From a bacterium (GTDB lineage Bacteria; CLD3; SB21), in the NCBI GenBank assembly GCA_013360215.1, contig JABWCP010000013.1:62001-111395 (forward strand): a DNA stretch of 49,395 nucleotides, written 5' to 3'. Below, in pieces: positions 42,022 through 49,395 of this stretch. A program made the translations under genes and the position numbers. The notes under the pieces are model-generated. The model was not told where the DNA came from. It did no database searches and saw only the letters and a program-made list of their open reading frames with translations. Every line of letters starts with the position of its first letter. The first letter of the stretch is position 1.

Positions 42022-43131
42022 ATGCAGGTATCATGTTTGAAAAATAGCAACATTGTTGCGGCGATTTTTTTGATGTTCGTTTGCTCTTTTGAAACACAAG
42101 CCCAGACGAGTGAAGCGGGAGTTCTCTTTTTGCTTGTACCTCCGGGCGCACGACACAACGGTATGGGCCAAACCGGTGTATCAACGGCTAACGATGCCAA
42201 CGCCATTTACTACAATCCCGGTGCACTGGGATTTATTGCAACGCAAGAAACGCCTCGCGATGTCCAGTTTATGCACGTCAATTGGTTGCCGCAGTTCAAC
42301 CTCAGTGATCTTTTTTATGACTACGGCTCTGTTGTTATGTATTTGCCGGATATCGGCGTTGTCGGATACAACTTCACCTATTTTAATATCGGCGAACAAC
42401 AGCGTACCAATGCCGCCGGCGATGATCTCGGAACGATTCATAGCTACGAATTGTCCACCGGAGTGACCTACGCTACAAAAATGACCGAAGATTGGGGTAT
42501 TGGCGGCAATTTCAAATTTATCTATAGCAGTCTTGATAATAAAAAAGGGGCAGACAATAATACGGCTGAAGTTCAAAACGGCGTCGGCAGTTCCGTTGCG
42601 ATAGATATTGGCGTGATGAAAAAAAACTTTTTCGTTGAAGACCTTACTTTCGGGGCGAGCCTTGTCAATGTCGGTCCGAGCATCGCTTATGCGGATGAAG
42701 ATCAAGCGGATCCCTTACCGACTAATTTGCGTTTAGGTGTGTCGTATCCGGCCTACCAATCCGAATTTAATAATGTTCTTGTCGCCTACGAAATCAATCG
42801 CCAAATTGTACGCGGACGCAGCACCGGTTCAGATCCTTTGATCAGCGGCAATTCTAAGTTTTTTACACGCTCGGCGATCTTTACAACATGGGCTGACAAT
42901 GGATGGCATCGTTTAGGACATAACATCGGAGCTGAATACACCTATTCGGATTTCGTAGCTATGCGAACGGGTACATCACTTGATTTTGCCGGTAAACTTT
43001 ATGATCTGACATTTGGTGTAGGTATTCGTTATGATGTATTCAAAATTGATTTTGCGTACTCTACAGGTTTGACGGAACGCTTCAATGCGAGAGACGGGTC
43101 GCAGTTTTACAGCATCGGCGTTCGTTTCTGA
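42022..43131 (+). CDS. porV: Type IX secretion system PorV/PorQ-family outer-membrane protein
   Basis: FLLVPPGAR..GMG......DANAIYYNP..L, H.NWLP....DL.Y.Y, ADPLPTNLRLG; C-terminal VRF; ATG at 42022 follows GGAG. Confidence 0.88.
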   Translation: MQVSCLKNSNIVAAIFLMFVCSFETQAQTSEAGVLFLLVPPGARHNGMGQTGVSTANDANAIYYNPGALGFIATQETPRDVQFMHVNWLPQFNLSDLFYDYGSVVMYLPDIGVVGYNFTYFNIGEQQRTNAAGDDLGTIHSYELSTGVTYATKMTEDWGIGGNFKFIYSSLDNKKGADNNTAEVQNGVGSSVAIDIGVMKKNFFVEDLTFGASLVNVGPSIAYADEDQADPLPTNLRLGVSYPAYQSEFNNVLVAYEINRQIVRGRSTGSDPLISGNSKFFTRSAIFTTWADNGWHRLGHNIGAEYTYSDFVAMRTGTSLDFAGKLYDLTFGVGIRYDVFKIDFAYSTGLTERFNARDGSQFYSIGVRF

Positions 43132-43156
43132 TATCAATTTTTTAATGTATGTTCAG

Positions 43157-43190
43157 AGCCGAATTCTCCGCGCGTGAATTCGGCTTTTTT
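43157..43190 (+). terminator. Intrinsic terminator
   Basis: AGCCGAATTC / GAATTCGGCT stem followed by T tract. Confidence 0.85.
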
Positions 43191-43216
43191 ATATCTATCA
43201 ATATTTCTAAAAAATC

Positions 43217-46200
43217 ATGAAAAAAGTTTTTTTGTTTTTCGTCCTGTGTGTTTTTTACGGAGTTCATGGGCAGTCCAATCTGCAACGCGCCTTCACATCC
43301 AAAAAAGATTTCGCTTCCAAAAGTAAAACGAGCGGTCCGCTCCGAGTTTTAGCGCTAAGGGTTCAATTTAAAGCGGATAACAGCGGACAAACTACAGGGA
43401 ATGGCCGCTTTGATTTGCGGGATCTGCGTGACTCGCTACGCATTGATCCGGCGCCCCACGACAAGCGTTATTTCGAAGATCATTTGCTGAGTATGCGTAA
43501 TTATTTTTATGATGTATCGGACGGCGCACTGGATATTACTTATACCGTAAAGCCGAATGGGGACACCGCCGCATATAATCTTTCAAGGACGATGGAGTAT
43601 TATGGTCGTATCGTTTCCCGCGACGAACGCGACGAACTTTTGGCTGAACTTTTGCATGATGCGATAACAACGGCCGATACCACGGATGGCATTGATTTTT
43701 CACAATACGACCACGTTATTGTTTTTCATGCCGGAGTCGGACAGGATTTTAGCTTGGAAGATGCGACACCTCGCGATATACCCTCACGTTTTGTGACACC
43801 GTCAGTCGTTGATCAAAAATACAGCGGAGGAATTTCGGTCAATAACGGTGCGCATCACGTCCAATCCGGCATCATCGTTCCGGAAACGGAAAGTCAATAT
43901 TTCACCGATGCTGTTTTAGGTGTTGAGGTTTTTCGTGAAATCGGGCTGAACGGTATTTTGATTGCCAATTTTGGCAGTGCGCTCGGCATGCCGGATATGT
44001 TTAATACCGATCAGGGAACGCCCGGCATTGGCGTTTTTGGCCTCGAAGATCAAGGTGCTGTCAACGGTGACGGCATGATCCCTGCCGAACCTGATCCATG
44101 GACTAAAATATATATGGGTTGGGCGCAACCCATCGTTGTTACCGATACTATCCATGCGCAACTGCAGTCTCGTAAAACGGCAGGGCATTCGGTAATATTA
44201 AAAGTTCCTGTTTCGGCATCCGAATACTATCTCATCGAAAACAGGCAACGTGACGTTATTTCCAATACCCTGTCACCGGAAACATTAATTCGAATTGACA
44301 CGATATATAATGTGGACAATACGATTGATGAGATAGACACGGCTTACATGACGGGAGTCGAGCGCTCACCCGTCAGCGGCGTAATAACCAAAGTGGATGA
44401 ATACGACAGTGCTTTACCAGGCAGTGGTTTGTTGATATGGCATGTGGATGAAAATGTCATCGCGGCTAATCTCAGTGATAACGCGATCAATAATAATATC
44501 GAACGTCGCGGTGTTCGCGTAGTGGAAGGATCCGGTTCGCAGGATATCGGGCGCAATTTTCAGAGTTTTTTTGGAACGACCGTCGGTGCCGGAGATAAGT
44601 ATGATTTTTTCTTTCACGGTAATGAAGGGTTTAGGTTCTACAATAAAAAAACAGATTCGGTGTTTTTTGATTCTAAATCTGTACCGGCCGCACTAACTTA
44701 CGATCGCGCATCGACCGGCGTACGTATCACCGGTATCAGTGTGCGCCAACCGGTCATGGCATTTAATCTGCAAACATCGCTTCAACAAAATGGGTTTCCT
44801 CAATATACGGGCGTCACCATACCTCAAGCCGGGTTGACATGGGGTAACATTCAGGGCGACGCCCAAAAAGAAATCATAGCGGTTAGTGAAAAAGGTTTGG
44901 TTTTTGTTTGGCAAGCGAATGGATCTGAAGTGATAGATCGCGATCAGACTATTACGGATCATCGTTTGGGCCAAGATTCAGTTCAGTTTGCGTATGCGTG
45001 GATTTCGAATCTTGATGATTCTGTAGCCGGTGGACCGGCGATATCCGATTTGGATCAGGATGGTTATGATGAAATCATCATTACGACTAAAAGCGGTAAA
45101 ATTTTTGCCCTGCGTGGCACCGATGGTAATAACGATAAAATAGCCGATACTTTATTTGTGTACCTTACCGGTCAGACGATCACAACTTCCGCGATGGTAT
45201 TACCCGATCGGCGAATTGTCGTCGGAACTTCGACGGGGAATATAATTATCTTACATCCTAATGGAGTTTTCGATGCTACTCTGGCGTTGAGTTCGGCGAT
45301 AAGAGCAATTGCGCGATTGGAAAACGATTATTTGGTTGTAGCGACAAGACAACATATTGCGAAAGTCAATTTGAACAATATGACATTCACGTCGGACGCA
45401 TATGTTCCTGCATCAGGTTCTGTTTGGCTGGTAGCAGGCGATATGGATCAAAATGGCGTCAATTCCATTATCGCAGCAAACGGAAAAAACATACATCCGT
45501 TTTATTCGGAACCACCGTTTACGTATGAATTACCTTCCGTTATTTCGGCACCGCCTGTGATCGGTGACATAGACGGAGATGAATATCCGGATATTGTTTT
45601 TGCTGTAGAAAACTTTGTATATGCACTCAACCATAATGGCGCGTTGGTAAATAATTTTCCCGTAAGGCTCAGTGATGCATACCGGGTGGATCAGATCATT
45701 TCCTCACCGCTTTTAGCGGATATTGATAATGACGGGCAATGCGATATTTTGATTGGGGGCTCGGATGGGCTCATCTATGCCGTGAATGCTCGTGGAGAGA
45801 AGATCGGCGGTTTTCCGCTCACGATCGGTGATGAAGCAATCGCGTCGCCTATGATAACGGATCTGGACGGAGATTTTGATTTGGAAATGGTTTCCGTTTC
45901 CGCTGAAGGGTATGTGTATAATTTTGATTTACCGGCGACGTTGACTTTACAAACACTAAAATGGCCAAAGTACGGACGTGATCTTTCACTTAGTCACTTG
46001 AGTAATGAAAGCAATACGCCCGATTCGGTCTCGACGGGAGTGCTCATGCCGGCCCGATCGGTTTATAATTATCCCAATCCGACGCGCGGTGAACGAACGG
46101 TAATACGTTATTTTCTTTCGGAATCGGCAAAAGTATCAATTAAAATTTTTGATTTGGCCGGTGATTTAGTAACGACACTTCACGGTCCCGGTTTGGCTCA

Positions 46201-46327
46201 GACGGATAATGAAGTAGTTTGGAATCTGGATCGCGTTCAAAGCGGCGTGTATTTTGCAAAAGTACAGGCTAAAACGTCTTCCGGGAAAAAGGAAATACGT
46301 ACGGTAAAAATCGCCGTGACCAAATAA
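43217..46327 (+). CDS. T9SS cargo: M6 (immune inhibitor A)-like domain with degenerate active site, FG-GAP/VCBS repeats and type A CTD
   Basis: Signal peptide; FHAG.G, LG.PD, W.K..MGW, EYYLIENR, GLLIWHVDE; repeated D.D.DG..EI; YNYPNP...IFDLAG.LV...SGVYF CTD. Confidence 0.85.
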   Translation: MKKVFLFFVLCVFYGVHGQSNLQRAFTSKKDFASKSKTSGPLRVLALRVQFKADNSGQTTGNGRFDLRDLRDSLRIDPAPHDKRYFEDHLLSMRNYFYDVSDGALDITYTVKPNGDTAAYNLSRTMEYYGRIVSRDERDELLAELLHDAITTADTTDGIDFSQYDHVIVFHAGVGQDFSLEDATPRDIPSRFVTPSVVDQKYSGGISVNNGAHHVQSGIIVPETESQYFTDAVLGVEVFREIGLNGILIANFGSALGMPDMFNTDQGTPGIGVFGLEDQGAVNGDGMIPAEPDPWTKIYMGWAQPIVVTDTIHAQLQSRKTAGHSVILKVPVSASEYYLIENRQRDVISNTLSPETLIRIDTIYNVDNTIDEIDTAYMTGVERSPVSGVITKVDEYDSALPGSGLLIWHVDENVIAANLSDNAINNNIERRGVRVVEGSGSQDIGRNFQSFFGTTVGAGDKYDFFFHGNEGFRFYNKKTDSVFFDSKSVPAALTYDRASTGVRITGISVRQPVMAFNLQTSLQQNGFPQYTGVTIPQAGLTWGNIQGDAQKEIIAVSEKGLVFVWQANGSEVIDRDQTITDHRLGQDSVQFAYAWISNLDDSVAGGPAISDLDQDGYDEIIITTKSGKIFALRGTDGNNDKIADTLFVYLTGQTITTSAMVLPDRRIVVGTSTGNIIILHPNGVFDATLALSSAIRAIARLENDYLVVATRQHIAKVNLNNMTFTSDAYVPASGSVWLVAGDMDQNGVNSIIAANGKNIHPFYSEPPFTYELPSVISAPPVIGDIDGDEYPDIVFAVENFVYALNHNGALVNNFPVRLSDAYRVDQIISSPLLADIDNDGQCDILIGGSDGLIYAVNARGEKIGGFPLTIGDEAIASPMITDLDGDFDLEMVSVSAEGYVYNFDLPATLTLQTLKWPKYGRDLSLSHLSNESNTPDSVSTGVLMPARSVYNYPNPTRGERTVIRYFLSESAKVSIKIFDLAGDLVTTLHGPGLAQTDNEVVWNLDRVQSGVYFAKVQAKTSSGKKEIRTVKIAVTK

Positions 46328-46342
46328 GAGTTTTTTTGATCG

Positions 46343-46372
46343 TTGTTTTTGGTATTGGCTTTTTTGTATAAT
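46343..46372 (+). promoter_or_regulatory. Candidate purM promoter
   Basis: TTGTTT - 18 bp - TATAAT. Confidence 0.5.
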
Positions 46373-46411
46373 CCCGCAACGAGAGTTTTTTACACAGATG
46401 GAGATACTTTT

Positions 46412-47413
46412 TTGTCCAAAGTAATTACATACAAAGATGCCGGCGTAGATATAGCCGCCGGTAATTCGACCAAAGATCAAATCAAAAAAATGGTTCGAAA
46501 AACGTACAACGCCAATGTACTTTCGGAGATTGGCCTATTCGGAGGGTTTTATCGTTTTCCCAAGAGTAAATATAAAGACCCGGTATTAGTTTCGAGCGCG
46601 GATGGCGTGGGTACCAAATTAAAAATTGCCGTGATGACCGGCCAGCACGATACCGTCGGGGAAGATTTGGTTAATCATTGTGTGAACGACATTTTAGCTT
46701 GCGGGGCCAAACCGCTATTTTTTCTGGATTATCTCGGGCTTGGAAAAGTACATCCGGATGTGATCCGCAATATCATCATCGGTCTGACGCGCGGCTGCAA
46801 AAATAACGGCTGTGCACTTATCGGCGGTGAAACGGCGCAAATGCCCGGGTTTTATGCGGATGACGAATACGATATGGCGGGTACGATCATCGGCGCCGTC
46901 GAACGAAAAAACATGATCAATGGCCGCACGATACGCAAAGGCGATATCATGATCGGACTTTATTCCAGTGGTTTGCATACTAACGGCTATTCGCTGGCCC
47001 GCAAGGTTTTACTGGAAACGTATAAACTGGAGCAATACGTGGAAGAATTGGGTTGCACGGTAGCTGAGGAATTATTGAAAACGCACAAAAGTTATTTGAA
47101 ACCCGTTTCTGCAGTGATGGATAAAATTCAAATCAAAGGTATTTCCCATATTACGGGCGGCGGTATTGTAGAGAATACGGAACGCATCATTCCGAAAAAA
47201 CTGAAAATGCATATCGATTGGTCGGCCTGGCAGGAGTTGCCTATTTTCGGATTGATTCGCCGCTTAGGCAATGTACCGCACGATGATATGGTGCGTACTT
47301 TTAATCTTGGCGTCGGCATGATACTGATCGTGAGTCCGAAAGACGTAACAAAGACGATGCAGACATTGAAATCTAAAAAAGAAAAACCGTTTGTGATGGG
47401 TGAAATAGGTTGA
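46412..47413 (+). CDS. purM: Phosphoribosylformylglycinamidine cyclo-ligase (AIR synthetase)
   Basis: TYKDAGVDI, DGVGTK, DLVNHCVND, GGETA.MPG, SSGLHTNGYSL, HITGGG, TFNLGVG; GGAG RBS 8 nt before the TTG at 46412. Confidence 0.97.
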   Translation: MSKVITYKDAGVDIAAGNSTKDQIKKMVRKTYNANVLSEIGLFGGFYRFPKSKYKDPVLVSSADGVGTKLKIAVMTGQHDTVGEDLVNHCVNDILACGAKPLFFLDYLGLGKVHPDVIRNIIIGLTRGCKNNGCALIGGETAQMPGFYADDEYDMAGTIIGAVERKNMINGRTIRKGDIMIGLYSSGLHTNGYSLARKVLLETYKLEQYVEELGCTVAEELLKTHKSYLKPVSAVMDKIQIKGISHITGGGIVENTERIIPKKLKMHIDWSAWQELPIFGLIRRLGNVPHDDMVRTFNLGVGMILIVSPKDVTKTMQTLKSKKEKPFVMGEIG

Positions 47414-47446
47414 TCGAAAAATCAACCCGGTGAAGGTATCGGAAAA

Positions 47447-48433
47447 CTAAAACTTTAGTTTACTTACACGATTTTTGAAAACCGTCGAAGCCGGATTATA
47501 AATCACCACGCGATTGCGGCCGGTTTCCTTGGCTTCGTACAAAGCTTCGTCGGCACATCGTACCAAGTTATCACCCTCGTTGGAATCATTGGGATACTGC
47601 GCTACGCCGATACTGATATTGACGTTGAAATCCGTTTTATCGTACGGCGAGTGAAAATAACGATCCTGGAAATCGGATCGTATGCGGCTCATTACCATCG
47701 CCGCATCTTTGCTCAACGTCATAGGCATTATTATACAAAACTCTTCTCCGCCATACCGGCACACGATATCCTGTGTTCGCAATGATTTTTTTATAGTTTG
47801 TCCGACGGCATTGAGCACAAAATCGCCGGCACGGTGTCCGTACGTATCGTTGAATTTTTTGAAGTGGTCAATATCCACCATCACCAGCGCCAGAGGTTGA
47901 TTATAGCGTTTGGAGCGGTTCAGTTCGACCGGCAAACGATCGTCAAACAAGCGGCGATTGTACACACCCGTCAAAGCGTCCACGTATGTAAGTTTCATGA
48001 AGTTGCTGGAAATCTGAATTGCGCGATCAATGCGCACTTCGAGTTCCTGTAAATCAAACGGTTTTTGCAGAAGGCCGTCGCCGCCAGCTCTGAATACATT
48101 TATTTTGGTTTCGAGATTGCTGACCGCCGTCATCACGATAACAGGAATAAGCATAGTACCGGGATGTTGACGCAACTGGCGTATCATCTCAAGTCCGTCC
48201 ATTTCCGGCATAATGATATCAACGAGTATCGCATCCGGTTTTTCCGTCATGGCAATACGGAGACCTTCGACACCATTGGTAGCTTCGCGAATTTCAAACG
48301 AACGTTTACCCAAAAACTCCGTAACCATATTGCGTACGGCTGTATCGTCTTCGACGATCAGAATACGGCTCTTAGGTATGATATTATCGTTGTTTTCGTT
48401 TGAGGGTTCGGCAAAGATCGGATCTTGTGTCAT
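47447..48433 (-). CDS. REC-GGDEF diguanylate cyclase (WspR/PleD-like)
   Basis: ILIVEDD, LVDIIMP receiver; DALTGVYNRR, DIDHFKKFNDTYGH..GD, RTQD I-site, GGEEF; ATG at 48433 preferred. Confidence 0.95.
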   Translation of the reverse strand: MTQDPIFAEPSNENNDNIIPKSRILIVEDDTAVRNMVTEFLGKRSFEIREATNGVEGLRIAMTEKPDAILVDIIMPEMDGLEMIRQLRQHPGTMLIPVIVMTAVSNLETKINVFRAGGDGLLQKPFDLQELEVRIDRAIQISSNFMKLTYVDALTGVYNRRLFDDRLPVELNRSKRYNQPLALVMVDIDHFKKFNDTYGHRAGDFVLNAVGQTIKKSLRTQDIVCRYGGEEFCIIMPMTLSKDAAMVMSRIRSDFQDRYFHSPYDKTDFNVNISIGVAQYPNDSNEGDNLVRCADEALYEAKETGRNRVVIYNPASTVFKNRVSKLKF

Positions 48434-48434
48434 A

Positions 48435-49217
48435 TTAGCGAATACTTTCAAGTAATTTTCTTTTCGAGTCCGTGAGAATACCTTTTTGCCGCAGTTCTTC
48501 GGTATAAGCCTGAAGCAGCAGTGGGTTGGATTCTTTGATGCTCACGGCCACTATCAGATTGACCAAGTCGTGAATGGCTTCCAATGTCACAAACTTACCG
48601 CCGGTTTTGTCGGCAAGCCATTGAAAATTAGCACGCGTTTCCGCGACATTATTACACAGCACGGTGTACACTTTAACATGTTTTTCGATCAGACGGTTGG
48701 TTTCAACCCGGTAATCACGATGGCTCGTACATTCTTCAAAACCATCCATCACACCATGAGGCGGTTTATCGCCGATCAAAATAATAGCTTTTCCTTTATT
48801 ACCGGGCGACCAATCAAGTTGATTGGCCTCAAACAGTGCGCATTCGACCGCTTCCGGACCACCGCCACCGGCACCGGGTTCGATTGCCGGGGAACGTAGA
48901 AATGAAATCACATCCTCTTCTTTATCCGTCAGCGGCAGGGTTTTGGTAACGTATGGCCCCTGCTCGTGATCTTTATAAACGATAACAGATAAACGTGCAT
49001 CGGGTACTCGTTTACGAATTTCACGCACGATGAGCTGGACGTGAACCTGCACTTCGGACAAGTACGTATCCATACTGCCCGTCGTATCAAACATGATCAC
49101 TACTTCAAGCGAACTGGCTTTTCGCACTTTATCCAAAACAGGCTTGGATAGCGCTTTGTGCTCAGCGATCTTTTTTAAGAGCGCTTCTTTTTGCTTTTGT
49201 ACGATTTCGCCACTCAT
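48435..49217 (-). CDS. von Willebrand factor A (vWA) domain protein
   Basis: MIDAS-type DTTGSM, YKDH, GGGGPEAV, LIGDKPPH, TGG; ATG at 49217 preferred. Confidence 0.9.
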   Translation of the reverse strand: MSGEIVQKQKEALLKKIAEHKALSKPVLDKVRKASSLEVVIMFDTTGSMDTYLSEVQVHVQLIVREIRKRVPDARLSVIVYKDHEQGPYVTKTLPLTDKEEDVISFLRSPAIEPGAGGGGPEAVECALFEANQLDWSPGNKGKAIILIGDKPPHGVMDGFEECTSHRDYRVETNRLIEKHVKVYTVLCNNVAETRANFQWLADKTGGKFVTLEAIHDLVNLIVAVSIKESNPLLLQAYTEELRQKGILTDSKRKLLESIR

Positions 49218-49251
49218 AGCTGCATTTGAAGTGTTCGGGAAATGATTTTCG

Positions 49252-49280
49252 AATATACACGAAAAGCCATGCACAGACAA
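49252..49280 (-). promoter_or_regulatory. Candidate promoter of the vWA-DGC operon
   Basis: Minus strand TTGTCT - 17 bp - TATATT; this supports the later ATG start at 49217. Confidence 0.55.
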
Positions 49281-49395
49281 ACAAAAATTTTAAGATAAAT
49301 GGGAAACGGAAGCAACATCGTACCCCCCTTTGGATAGAAGGGAAAGAAGGATTGAGATTGGTGATAGAACATTGCAGGAAGTCTTGCGAGCGTAG

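Noticed and set aside
23737..49280. Longest-ORF starts in the track (23737, 31295, 33012, 39352, 41965, 46343, 48451, 49280)
   Set aside because: Downstream starts fit RBS position, signal peptides or family N-termini better; two of the track starts (46343, 49280) coincide with promoter -35 boxes.

Overview
Chromosomal window from a Gram-negative FCB-superphylum bacterium, probably outside the class Bacteroidia: it has a PorV-family gene, a T9SS C-terminal sorting domain, canonical sigma70 promoters and clear Shine-Dalgarno sites. (1) 529-16160 is a visibly AT-richer, all-minus-strand cluster: propeller sensor kinase, NarL/LuxR regulator, PAS hybrid kinase, membrane kinase, receiver protein, YfiR-like protein, TonB-dependent receptor, LamG lipoprotein, stand-alone TonB-C/AgmX-like protein, two Ig-domain glycan-active lipoproteins and two hypothetical proteins. 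(2) 16754-22275 is a complete rRNA operon (two promoters, 16S, tRNA-Ile, tRNA-Ala, 23S, 5S, terminator). Its 16S and 23S carry three deletions and one 14-nt tandem duplication in universally conserved positions, most likely assembly artefacts. (3) 22366-49395 is mixed housekeeping and accessory genes: RRM protein, SpoIIM-like protein, tandem Tat Rieske proteins, formimidoyltransferase, DUF104/PIN pair, a phosphomannomutase with a histone-H1-like tail, SSADH, EamA, LysE, LRR, DinB, MaeB, alkaline-phosphatase-family enzyme, polyprenol kinase, LuxR plus TBDR with a palindromic operator, porV, an apparently inactive M6-protease T9SS cargo, purM and a vWA-diguanylate cyclase pair. No CRISPR array, transposase or integrase was seen. 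All family assignments come from motif recognition by eye, not from database searches.
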